NCBI RefSeq assembly: GCF_009914755.1
Contig: NC_060945.1
DNA from: the human T2T-CHM13v2.0 reference genome, Homo sapiens
Length of the DNA stretch: 64,000 bases
Reading direction: 5' to 3' (one strand)
The position numbers and the translations under genes are program-made. Below are positions 52,220 to 64,000 of this stretch, piece after piece (position 1 is the stretch's first letter; each line of letters opens with the position of its first letter). The notes under the pieces are model-generated. The model made no database searches. It was not told the origin of the DNA and saw only the letters and a list, made by a program, of their open reading frames with translations.

Positions 52220-55182
52220 AAGACAATCAGAGAGCCAGAGGCCACGGGGCTCCTGCCGGTGTGGGTGCCTTAGGCAACACGCCCCATCCCTGGGGTCCTG
52301 GGCGCACCAAACCCACCCCTGGCTCCTGGATACCACCTCAGGACCACAGCTCCATTCATCCAGAGGCCAAGTGGGCAGCCTGAGGCAGTAAGAAGAACAC
52401 TCACTGGAATGAGCCGTTCAGGGCTTTGGGATCCCCTCCTCCAGGCAGCCTTCTCTGGCTGCAGCCACCCTCCTCTGAGCCAGGTACCCTGCACTACTCC
52501 TCCAGGCTCTCAAAGAACCCTGGAGTCCCACGTATCAGAGCACTTTCCACACCGTGTGCTGACTTCCCGGCTCCCAGAGCCCAGCCCTAGGAGATCCTTG
52601 TTCTGGGGCACGTTTCTGCCTTTCCTTATCCCTATCTTTCTCCTCCTCACTCAGCACCTGGCCCTCGATGAGCAGGGTTCTCATATTTAACAGCTGTCCA
52701 CTGGTCATGACACCTGGGTGCTGGAGGGAGCAGGAGCACGGGCACTGAAGCCTGCTGGGCGGGGGGTCCAGATGCTACTGAGCGGAGAAGGAAAGGTGTC
52801 TCGGCAGAGTGAACAGTGTGTGTGCCGGCCCAGAGGTGAGCCGCAGCAGCTGCGGTGGCTGGAGAAGTTCAGGAGGGTTGTGGAAAAAAGCAAGAGGAGG
52901 TGGGGAGGGCTTCAGAGGGGGCTGGAGAGGTTGGTAAGGGCTAGGCCACCAAGGACCCTATGAGCAGTTCAGGGCTTTGGGATCTACTGAGAAGGGAACA
53001 ACCCTAGGGGTTCTCTGCAGGTTGCAAGCCCTCTGGCCCCCCAGTGGCCAGGGGTCTTCAAATCCCATAACCCCCACCCATGGTATTCTGCCCCTAAGGA
53101 TGTCCACGGATGAGAAGATTGGCCTTCCAAGATTCTCCATCAACCCCTCAGCGAGGCTTCAGCAGCACTGAGCCCAGCAGAGACTTCTGTAGCACCCGAA
53201 AGCCTCCTTCTGTCTTGGGAGCCTCATCTGATCTGCTGTATCATGCGTCCCTGCCCTCTCCTCTCTGGGGCCTCTTTCCTTCCATCATCAGGGGAACTTG
53301 CTCCCCTGAAAGGAGAGGGCCAAGATGGGAACATTGTACTATGTCAGCAGCCAGACACACAGCCCGCTGAGCTCCAAACAAAAGAAGTCCCAGGACCCAG
53401 GCACCTTTGTCAAAAGACAGCCAATGTAGCCTCTGTTCCAGGAAGGCTCCAGCCTGTGGCCTGTGGGGGTGAAGACAAGCTCCTGCACAATCTGGCCCAT
53501 TGGATATAAAACATCTATTCGACTTCGGAGAGGGGAAAATATATCACATTGCTAAGATGTCCTTGGTTGCAGTGAATAGCCCAGGGAGAGGTGGAACAAT
53601 TCATTCCAGAGACCAGCATGAGTGAGGAAGTTGACAAGGACAACGTGGGGCTTTCCAAACAAAAGAAGGAAGAGGCCAAGATAAGGATTTGGTACATTTG
53701 GCCAACAAATGGAGGAAATAATCATTTCCAAACCATTCTTGAATGTGCATTTCATCCATATTTATAAGAATGCAAGCCTGCACACGCTTTCCACCCTGTG
53801 TCACCCCATCATGGGCAGGGACTTGGTTTACAGACTTTTATATTTGCAGATGGCATCTCTCGTGCACATACATTTTGCGTATACTTTGACATAAATAAAC
53901 CCGGTTTGGTTTTAAGAAATTTTAAACAAGTGATGTAAAAATATTGAAATAAGATGCTAAGGTTTATTTGGAGTTCTCCTAGGATGCTGAAGAGGTGGAA
54001 AGAATAATTTCCAGAATGAAATAATTCCTCAAACATGTTAGACATTATATCAACTCTAGCACAATGCTATGTATGCAGCAAGAGGGTGATAGTATCTGTG
54101 ATTGGCTGAATTAATTAATCAATCTTAGGCATTCAACAAATATTTATTAAACAGTTAAATGAATGGAGGCAAGGGATAGGATTGGTGCATTTAAGTTCAC
54201 ATGTTAACAAACCCCCATAATAAGCTTCAGCAGTTGTACAATTTGTTGTTGGCATCCTAAGTTCTGAAATGCAATATATTCTACATTTTCTCCCCCTTAT
54301 TTCCTCTCCCAAAGTTTCTAAAAAATGAAACAAAACATCCGTGTGCATGAGTGATCCCTGGCAACCTGCCATAGTCCACATTCCTTCTCTCTGAGACTCT
54401 CTCTGATATTCAGTTCTTGGCCTCCACTTGTCCCCAGATCATGTCCAGACGGCTGCAGGCTCCAAATGCCCAGAAGTCAGCTAATCCCAGGATCGGCAAC
54501 AAACCTTGGCTCTGGGCAGACCTCTTACCTTTTCAAGAGCTTTTTCATTGGGTCTTTGATTTTATTTCACCAACTCTGTGAGTCAGGACAGGCATGTTCT
54601 CGTATTCTCACTCTCTTTCATACAGACACATACATGCACAAACATGAACACTTACCCCACATGCTCATGCTCACCTCATCCAAGGAACCCAAGGCCCTGG
54701 CGTCCAGAGAATGAGAGCTCCCGGGGCTAGCTGCTGAGGGTCAAGGCCGAAACCAGCTCAAGATTTCCTTCCCCCACCAGTGCCGTCCCTGTCCCCATGC
54801 AGGGCAATGGTCCACCCATTCCCAAGAAAAGGCCTCCAACTCCCTTCGTCCAGTTCCCTGCCCCTGGGCCTGTCCTCATTCTCGCTCTGCTGAAGTTGAC
54901 ACAGGCCTCGCTCCTGTGCAGGGGTGGGACGCGGTGGGGGAGCTACATTTAGACAAGGAAAGGGCCCCCAGGCTTCTGAGTGCGCGTACACACAGACAGG
55001 CCTCTGGGACATATTCTGGATGGCTCTGGGCAGATGGCTGTGTTTCCTCTTTTTTCCAGAAAAAAATTCCAGACGACGCAATGATCACAAATGCCAATAT
55101 CCTAGTAATTGATAGGACTGGATCACACTATGTGAAAAGAAAAGGCGCCCCACAGGCTTTATATACATGTGCGCCGTGCACG

Positions 55183-55520
55183 CTCTCTCTGTCTCTAGCT
55201 CTGTCTCTGTGGACCTGTGTCAATGCTCTGTTGGTCTCTGTCTCTCTTTGTGTGCTTCTGTCTCTCTCTGTGTGCCTCTGTCTCTCTCTGTAGCTCTGTC
55301 TCTCTCTGCCTGTGTTCCCCTATGTCTCTGTCTGTCTCTGTCTCTCTCTGTAGCTCTGTCTCTCTCTGCCTGTGTTCCCCTATGTCTCTGTCTCTCTGTC
55401 TCTGTCTCTCTCTGCCTGTGTTCCCCTATGTCTCTGTCTCTCTGTCTCTGTCTCTCTCTGTCTCTGTCTCTCTGTGTGTCTCTCTGTCTCCCCTCTCCCT
55501 CTCTCTCTCTGTCTCTCACA
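55183..55520. repeat. CT/CTGT-rich low-complexity tract with a higher-order 60-bp unit
   Basis: 55281-55330 is repeated exactly at 55341-55390; third partial copy at 55411-55438. Confidence 0.92.
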
Positions 55521-56054
55521 CACATATCCCTCACTGTGCGTCCAACTCAGCTCAAGCCCGTCTCCCTTGCACTTCCTATAAGCCCCTCTTGGAATGGCCT
55601 ACCCAGAAGGGGCACTCAAAAGTGGGGACGCATTAACTTTCAGAATATCTGACCTCGCCACATGACCTCAGCCGGACTCTGGGTCCAAGCAGGGAGTGGA
55701 AAATATCCCCAAGTGTAGCTGAGATGAGGCCTTGGAGTTAAGAGGTGAGCAGAGGAGAAGAAACCAGAGAAGAACATTAGAAAGAAGAGATTTGGAAAAC
55801 TTTCTTTCATTAAACAAATGCCCGCCATGGCCAAGCACCTTTTGTATGTGAGGTGCTGTTCTAGTCACCGGGCCTGCGGCAGGAAGGATGAGACAGCCCA
55901 CCCGCAGGAGGCTGACTGGAAGGGAACAGCCTCGGGAGACAGAGAAAGACAGGAATGAAGCGCTGGGCACAGCCAGCAGTAATACATGCAGCAGAAGAAT
56001 GAAGCAAGGTGAGGGAAGAAAGCGTAGGGGGTGCCTGCAAACTTAAGCAGTGAA

Positions 56055-56430
56055 TTCATCCACCAGGGCTGCCATCACAAAGTCTGCAGACTGGGCGGCT
56101 TAAACAATACACATTTAGTTTTTCACACTTGTGGAGGCTACGAGTCTGAGATCAAGGTGCCGGCAAAGTTAGTTTCTCCTGAGGCCCCTCTCCTTGGCTT
56201 GCAGGTGGCCTCTTTTCCTCGCCAGGTCTTCAAACGGTCTTCCCTCTGTGTGTGTCCTAATCTCTTCTTATAAGGACACCAGCCGGATTGGATTAGGGCC
56301 CACCCCATGACCTTCTTTTATCTTAATTACCTCTGGAAAGACCCTATCTCCAAATTCAGTCACATTCAGAGGTGCTGAGGTTTGAGGCTTCAGCCTATGG
56401 ATTTTGGGGGACACGATTCAGCCCATAACA
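56055..56430 (-). mobile_element. MaLR LTR, MLT1A/B-like
   Basis: GGGCTGCCATCACAAA...GAGATCAAGGTG...CTTATAAGGACACCAG...GGACACGATTCAGCCCATAACA. Confidence 0.88.
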
Positions 56431-56434
56431 GATG

Positions 56435-56897
56435 TGGTGCAAGCTGGACACCCTCTGTGTGGACCCGCAGACCCACCCTTCCTGCTTTTCTTCTCTGCCC
56501 TTTGCCCCAGGACACCGACCTACAAAATGCATTTATGACTCCCTGCCTCCCAGCCCCATGAAGCGGGAGCACATGAAGACATGCCAAGGAGGGAGGAGGG
56601 TGTTTATCCCCGGCCCCTCCCTGCTTGCTTGCTTCAGGCAGGCAGCATCTCTCTACCCTGAGGCAACAGCACCTGTTAGGAGATGCACCTGCTCCATCCA
56701 GCTCTCTCCCCAGGTTCTGCTGATGATAATTGCTGCCTCCCCTTGGCCCTTCAGACAGAGCACTGGTAAGTTCTCCCCACTGTCTCTAGACCTGGGGTGT
56801 TGCAACAACCTAAACCCTGCCCCCAGCTTTGTAATAGTACCTTTCCTAAATTCTACTCTTAAATTGCCACATCTTAGTGGGCCATCCGACCAATACA
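56435..56897 (+). mobile_element. ERVL LTR, LTR33-like
   Basis: GGGTGTTTATCCCCGGCCCCTCCCTGC...CCCCTTGGCCCTTCAG...CTTTGTAATAGTACCTTTC..AAA...GACCAATACA. Confidence 0.65.
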
Positions 56898-57552
56898 GGG
56901 GGATCAGGCAGGAAGAATCAGAGAAAGAAAAAGGAAATCAAGAAAAAATGGTGTCCCAGAAGCCAAGATCATTTCAAGAAGTGGGGCATGATCTTGTGAT
57001 AAGAGTTGCAGAGGTTAAGAACTTGAAGAGAGGCCATGCATGTAGGAAGATGTGGGGGGCCCAAGCAACCCCAGTGGTTGGGGCAGTGGAAGGCAGGATG
57101 CTCATCAAAGCAAAATAAACTTAGTTAAGGAGAAGTAGGGGCAGATTTCATAGTCAGAAAACACACAACAACCTTATCCATGCCACAGTCCACATTCAAC
57201 AAGCACTTGTTGCCTTGAAGCCCTCATGACTCCCCAGTCCTGCGTGCAGGACACCCATGAATGTGTGTGCATGTGTGTTGTGTGTGTGTGCATGCGTATA
57301 TGGACACATACACAGACAAGTGAATGACCTGTGATATGGGGTTTTATTCAATTACTGTATATAGTATACAGATATCTAACTCCCAGAATGCAAGGCTGAG
57401 CAATAAATATTAAATAACAATAAATATTAATCTAGCTTTGACAATAAAGCCTTATTTATGAAAGCCAAACCTCTCCAAAGATATGTTTTATATTACTCCT
57501 TAATTTATGACACAATCTTTATATTTTTGTTATTTTGGCACTAAAGCCCTTT

Positions 57553-57685
57553 CTTTTTTAATATACTTTATTTTTAAAGCAGTTTTAGGTTCGCAGCAAA
57601 ACCGAGCAAAAAGCACAGAAAGTTTCCATGTACTCCCTGTCCCCGCCACCCCACATAAGCCTCCCTCACGATCAGTATGCCACAC
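57553..57685 (-). mobile_element. L1MC/MD 3' terminal fragment
   Basis: ACTTTATTTTTAAAGCAGTTTTAGGTTCGCAGCAAAA. Confidence 0.65.
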
Positions 57686-58269
57686 CATAATGTCCAGTTT
57701 TAAAATATGCTGCAACCCATTTAAACAACCATAGAACGTTCCCAAAATCTTCCTGACAACAAACAGCATGAATACGTGCCTACTGGCCGGGAGTGAGAAC
57801 CAAGAGGTTGAAGACTTTCTTCCATATTGTTCTCAAAGCCAAGACTTAGGCCTACAGCAAACCTCCAGCCACCTCCCTCTGCCTTGGCCGTTATGTCTTG
57901 ATAACCACAGCTGTATACTTCAGCAGTTTCAACCACTTACTTCCCAAGCCTACAAAATCTCCCTTTTGCTCCAGTTGCAAGGGGGGAGGCATTGGCTAAA
58001 GCAAATCATAGTCTCTGTGGGTACACCTGGGAGGCAATGAAACGCAATAGCTGAATGCCCCCATCCCCACAGAGACAGAACTATAGTAGCCTGCCATTCA
58101 CTCACACTGCAGAAACATCTTTGTCTAAGCATAACTTCGTCCAGCCAGTTACAGGAACAAGTGGCTTCATCTCAAAGTAAAAGTTAAAAAGAAAAAAAAA
58201 TTAAAGGAAACTGGGATCTTTTGGCTCAACTAGCCAGTCTTGCATCTGGAACTAAAATCAGAGGCCAGC

Positions 58270-60292
58270 CTCAAAAATGGACAAAGGACTTGAACAGATG
58301 TCTCTCCAAAGAAGGCATACAGATGGCCCGTAAGGACCTGAAAAGACCTGCAACATCACTAACCATTAGGGAAATGCAAAGCAAAACCACCATTTACTAC
58401 CGCTTTTCAACCATCAGGATACCTAGTGGGTTTCTTTTTTTCCATTCCTTTCTTTAAAAAAAAAAAAAAAAACTTTTATTTTAGGTTCGGGGGTACCTGT
58501 GGAGGTTTGTTACATAAATAAACTGGTGTGTCATGGGGGTCTGTTGTACAGATTATTTCATCACCCAGATATGAAGCCCAGTACCCAATAGTTATCTCTT
58601 CTGCTTCTCCTTCCTCCCACCCTCCACCCTCAAGTAGACCCCAGCGCCTGTCATTTCCTTCTGTGTTCATGAGTTCGTATCATTTACTTCCCACTTATAA
58701 GTGAGAACATGTGGTATTTGGTTTTCTGTTCCTGTGTTAGTTTGCTAAGAATAATAGCCTCTAGCTCCATCCATGTTCCCACAAAAGACATGATCTTATT
58801 CTTTTATATAGCTGCGTAGTATTGCATGGTGTATATGTACCACATTTTCTTTATCCAATCTGTCATTAATGGGCATTTAGGTTGATTCCATGTGTTTGCT
58901 ATGTGTGCATGTGAACAGTATTCCATGTGAACAGTGCTGCAGTGAACATTCGTGTGCACGTGTCTTTAAGGTAGAATGATTTATATTCCTCTGGGTATAT
59001 ACCCAGTAATGGGATTGCTGGGTCGAATGGTAGTTCTGTTTTTAGCTCTTTGAGGAATCGCCGTATTGCTTTTTACAATGGTTGAACTAATTTGCACTCT
59101 CACCAACAGAGCATAGGAGTTCCCTTTTCTCTGCAACCGTGCCAGCATCTGTTATTAATTTTTTTTACTTTTTAATCATAGCCATTCTGACTGGTGTGAA
59201 ATGGGATCTCACTGTGGTTTTGATTTGCATTTCTCTAGTGATCAGTGATGTTGTGCTTTTTTTCATATGCTTGTTGGCCGCATGTATGTCTTCTTTTGAG
59301 AAGTGTCTGTTCATGTCCTTTGCCCAATTTTTAAGGGGGTTGTTTTTCTTCTGTAAATCTGTTTAAATTCCTTATAGGTGCTGGATATTAGACCTTTGTC
59401 AGATGCATAGTTTGCAAATATTTTCTCTCATTCTGTAGGTTGTCTGTTTACTCTGTTGATAGTTTCTTTTGCTGTGCAGAGGCTCTTAGGTTTAATTAGA
59501 TCCCATCTGTCAACTTTTGCTTTTGTTGCGATTGCTTTTGGTGTCTTTGTCATAAAATCTTTGCCCATTCCTATGTACAGGATAGGATACCAAATATTTT
59601 TTAAAAAGAAAGAAAGAAAAGAAGAAGCGTTGTCAAGGATTTGGAAACATCCGAACACTTGTGCATTGCTAGTAGGAATATAAAGTGGTACAGTGTCTGT
59701 GGCATGGTAATTCCTTGAAAAATTAAACATGGAATTACTACATCATACAGCGATTCCACTTCTGGATATCTACATTAGAAAATTGAAAGCAAAGACTTGA
59801 ACAGATATTTGCACAACAGTGTTCATTATTCACAATAGCCAAAAAGTAGAAACAACCCAAATGTCCATCGATAGATGAATAAAATGTGGTACATACATGT
59901 AATGAAATATTATTCAGCCTTAAAAAGAAATGAACTTCTGACTCATGCTGCAACATAGATGAACCTTGAGGATATTATGCTAAATGAAATAAGCCAGACA
60001 CAAAAGGACAAATACTGTATAATTCCATTTACATGAGTTACTGAGAATAATCAAATCATAGAGACGGAAAATGGAATCGTGGTTACCAGGAGATGAGAGG
60101 AGAAGGGAGGGAGGGGGTTGGTGTGTCATGGGTACAGAGTTTCAGTTCTGCAAGATAAAAAAAAGTTCTGGAGATGGATAATGGTGGTAGTTAGGCAATA
60201 GTATGAATGTCTTTAGTGCCACTGAATTGTACACTTAAAAAGGGCTAAAATGGTAAATTTTATGTTAGGTATTTTACCATGATTTTTTTTAA
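58270..60292 (+). mobile_element. L1MB-type ORF2 end and 3' UTR, split by an antisense L1PA
   Basis: AAAAATGGACAAAGGACTTGAACAGA...GGAAATGCAAAGCAAAACCAC; resumes at about 59600 and runs to GTATTTTACCATGA. Confidence 0.88.
58430..59583 (-). mobile_element. L1PA14/15-like, 5'-truncated, about 1.15 kb
   Basis: Antisense L1PA 3' UTR and ORF2; AGGATACC duplicated at 58416-58423 and 59584-59591. Confidence 0.92.
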
Positions 60293-62227
60293 GTTCACTT
60301 AAAAAACATCAGGAGCCTGCACCCCTTTTTGCACCAAGTCTTCCCATCAGAGCAGGGACAGGCCAGGGAGGCTGCCTGTGTCACAGCCACAGGAGACAGT
60401 GGTTTCAGATGGGGATGGGTCCTGGAGACATGGACAACCTCATTCTCTCCTGTCCAATCTCTCACCAGGGATGACACGCAGCTAAGTGGTGGAGCCAGCA
60501 GCCAACCCAGAGACCCTTGTCCTTATCCATCTTCTGCTGTCTGTGCCCACAACCCAGTCTCCACCACTGTGCTGAGGTCCGTCTACTCAGGCCCAGGCAG
60601 ATCATGCACCATACATTCCTCTCTGTTCCTAGGTTCAATCTTTGCCTCAAATGCCCTTTGTTCTCTCGAGCTGGAAAAAGAACATCTGAGGAAGATATTG
60701 ATGGCTGACAGCAGGAAAATCAGAAGTATCTTTGCAAATTAGAAAATAAAGTGAAAGACCTCATAGATAACACTTTCTACAGAAACTCAGCTTTGTTTCC
60801 CTATTCTCGTCCCATCATTGTTACATTCCTGGCCCAGCTCACCCTCGGCACCGGGTGGCACAGCCCAGGAGTGAAACTGTTCCTCACCTCGACAAGCCGG
60901 GGGGACATACAATCCACAGAGCCCCCAGTTTATTTGGCCTCCCCGTAGGTTTCTGCTGCAGCCTGAGTGAGGTTTACATTTATAAGGAGACCCTCATTCT
61001 CAATCTTATAAGGTCCTCTTGGAATATTCCAGACAGGAATGGAGCTGACAAGATGCTTGGAAGGGTGCAGGGCTGCACGAAGCCACCTGTCCATTTCCCC
61101 ACCCTGAGACAGGGTCGCAGTGGATGAGCACCCGCTTTAGGGACATTGGAGGTGGGAAGCCCATTGTCACTCCTGTGTTGACATCACACGCTAGAAGGGA
61201 GTCTGTTTCCTCTCCCTGAATCCCTGACACTGCAAGGAAGTTATTTCCTCGAACTCTTGGGAAGTAGGGGAACTCCTGGCCACCAGCCTTTGTTTAACAG
61301 CCCTTCCTGTTGTCAAAGAGTGATGCCCCCACCGCCCCCTGGCTCTGCTGCAAAGCAGGTGATTTAACTTTGAGTCATCTGGGTGACTTCTCAGAAGCCA
61401 CAGAGGCTCACCATGGCCTGTCACAATGGGAAGACAGCTGAGTGTGAGACACATGGAGACCCAGCCTTGACCACCACTGGGGAGGACAAGCTCAGGAGAA
61501 GGAAGAGGAGTGACTGGGAGGGAGGAAAACACAATAGGACAGTGGCTCCACAACTTGAGCGCCACAAAATCCCCTGGGGCCTGTGAGAACACAGATGTTG
61601 GGGCACCTCCCCAGCATTTCTGATTCAGGAGGGCTGGGCAGGGCCTGAGAATCTGCATTTCCAATGAGTCCAGGGTGGCGCTGAGCCTACTGATGTGGGA
61701 TTGGATAAGGATGCCCCGTGCTGGACATTTCTGGAAGGGACCCACCCACCCTCTACTGCCTCAGGACCAGCCTTGGTGCCCACCCTCCTCCATCCCCACC
61801 TTTGTGCCCACAGCAGGGCTGAATCCTCCCCACACCCACCAACCACCCCATCTCTGCTGCTGCTGTGCTCTGCTCCTCGGACAGTCCTGGGTATTTCCGT
61901 GTCCTGCTCTGCTCTGCATCTCTGAACGCTGCCCCAGGCCTACACCCTTTGCAGGGGCCCTGACCTCCGTGATTTGCCAGTTACCTGCTCCTTATAAAGC
62001 CCCCACCTGCAACCTGACTGACAGACTCAGGGATCCTCGTACCTGCCTGTGATGTCTTTTCCTACCTAGCCTGACCTCCCATCTGCAAAACCCTCCCATC
62101 CTTGGATGCCCAGCTTCACATCCTCCAAGGACTCTCCTCTCCAAGACTTTCCAACTCCCAAGCGCCCACAGAGCAGTCACTGTTTCTCAACTATGACTTC
62201 TTATGAGTAACACTGAAAACACAGATT

Positions 62228-62428
62228 CCTGTCTCTACCAAAAACCTTTAAAAATTAAGAATTAGCTGGGTGTGGTGGCGTGTGCTTATAGTCCTGGCTA
62301 CTCCGGATGCTGCAGCAGGGGGATCGCTTGAGCCCAGGAGTTCAGGGTTGCAGAGATGTTGCCACTGCAGATTGAAACCCTGTCACTAAAAAAAAAAAAA
62401 AAAAAATACATAAAATAAAATAAAAATA
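62228..62428 (+). mobile_element. Degenerate AluJ right arm or FRAM
   Basis: AATTAGCTGGGTGTGGTGGCG...GGATCGCTTGAGCCCAGGAGTTC plus A tail. Confidence 0.85.
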
Positions 62429-62677
62429 GGTAGATAGATGATTGATAGATATGAAGGTATGATACAGAGATATATGCCATACTTCATTGTTATTGAGTGC
62501 GTGCTTTTGCAAACTCATCCCCTATGCACACTGCCCCACCTCTCCAACCCAGATCTGGAATACATCCCCAGGCAGGAGCTCCAATAAGTCACTCATCTAT
62601 GTTGTATTATAGTAATTGTTTATACATATACAAACATAAATTTACACTTATTGTTACTATTTGTGTGTACATATGTT

Positions 62678-63142
62678 TATGGTAGGCAGAATAATATCCT
62701 CCCCGCCTCCAGCAAAATATGACAAAATAGGGCCATCTCCTAATCCCTGGAACCCATGAGTATGTTACTTTCCATGGCAAAAGGGACTTTGCAGATGTGA
62801 TCAAGGTTGAGATGGGAAAATTCTTCTGGACTATCCAGGTGAGCCCAATCTAATCACACGAGCCTTTAAAGTGGGGATCCTTTCCCCGATGTGGGCACGG
62901 AGAGGTGTGAGCATGGAAGGGTCAGAGACAGACGAAGGGGCCACCAGCCCAGGGGCAGGAAGAAGCCGGGAAGCACAGGAGAACAGAATCTCCAGAAAGG
63001 AGAGCAGCGCCGCCACCTTCACGTTAGACCCAGGAGACCTGGGTCAGATGGCTAGCCACCAGGAGTGTAAGATGCTAAGTTTGCATTGTTTTAAGCCACT
63101 GTGTTTGTGATAAGTTGTTAGAGCAGCAGCAGAACTAATACA
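62678..63142 (+). mobile_element. MaLR LTR, MLT1D-like
   Basis: TGGTAGGCAGAATAAT...ATGGCAAAAGGGACTTTGCAGATGTGAT...GAACTAATACA. Confidence 0.88.
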
Positions 63143-64000
63143 GCGTGTGCGTGTGTGTGTGTCTGCATACACATGTGTGTGCACTTGTATCCCTGCTATG
63201 CCAGAGTTCTTAAAGACAAGATGCATGCTCAAATCACCTTTGTATCCCTTATGGAACCCAGAAGGAACCGTCACAGTGTGAACATATTAGTGTAATTCCA
63301 CCCATATATTAGTAATTCTTAAATGACACAGAATGTACATTGACCGGGGCTGACATTCATTTCTAAGCCAAGAAAAATGGTAATGAGGTGCAAAGAGGAA
63401 ACCTGTTGCCCTTGGGATTATCAAAATCTCTCACCTCAGAAGAGGCTTTCTGGGAGACGTCATGGCCCAAATCAGGCCACAAGGAACTGCGTCTCCGGCC
63501 TGTAATTATTTCCTTTGACAATGATGAGCTAGACTCATGCTGCTGCCAGTAGAACCCTAGAGCCACTGCACCTCCTTCCAGGGCCTCCACCTCCCACTGA
63601 TCCGGCCCAGAGGCAGAGCAGCAGCTACAAGGGCCAAGTCACAGCATGGGGCATCAGAAGACCCCAGGCCGGGCCCTACCCTCTAGCCCCTCACCCCTCT
63701 CCTTGCTGAATGTGGAAGCCAGCTAAGTCCAGGCAGGTGGTTGGAGGGATAGAGAAGGCCCAGGGAGGTTCTGGGTGCCAGACGCAGGAGAGGAGACCAA
63801 AGGTGGGGAGAAGAGGGTGTTCCCAGGAAGGAGACGCCCTGCTGGGAAACCCTGACCCCAGCCAGTGGCCAGGATGCCAGCTCTCTGCTGAGCCTAACAA
63901 GCCTGGTCGCACATACAGCATCGAAGCCCCAGTCCCAACCAGCTGGGCCAGGTGTGTGATGACATCACGGCTCTAATGACCCCGCCAGGTGACCAAAATC

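Noticed and set aside
55167-55652. Cys/Leu/Ser-rich and Arg/Asp/Glu-rich ORFs
   Set aside because: Produced by the stop-free CT-rich simple repeat
56432-57118. Longest ORF (228 aa)
   Set aside because: Mostly overlaps an LTR33-like LTR; no recognisable domain, promoter or splice context
61328-61350. CTCF-like motif (minus strand GAGCCAGGGGGCGG); weaker ones near 3672 and 60848
   Set aside because: Mismatches at high-information core positions; not supportable without ChIP data

Overview
This is human genomic DNA: an AluYb8/Yb9-type insertion at 33051 belongs to a human-specific lineage. The window looks like a gene-poor intergenic or large-intron segment. I found no credible protein-coding gene, RNA gene or CRISPR-like array, and I cannot name the locus. 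The ORF track is explained by Alu, L1, LTR and simple-repeat sequence or by chance. Much of the window is interspersed repeat: about 15 Alu/FLAM copies, several truncated L1 pieces, MaLR LTRs (THE1, MLT1), ERV1/ERVL solo LTRs, hAT DNA transposons, MIR and L2. Subfamily names come from remembered consensus features and need RepeatMasker/Dfam confirmation. The most notable signals are: (1) repeat-free blocks with developmental-enhancer motif grammar (PBX-HOX plus MEIS at 45.6-45.8 kb, a paired-homeodomain P3 palindrome at 46.56 kb, a TAAT cluster at 6.5-7.1 kb); (2) a small TSD-flanked L1 insertion that appears inverted and carries non-L1 sequence (38.6-38.9 kb); (3) two cases where a younger Alu re-used the target site of an older SINE; (4) two recent ~80-100 bp tandem duplications; (5) a possible minus-strand terminal exon (29.9-30.6 kb). 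The sequence does not support a novel multi-gene biological system.
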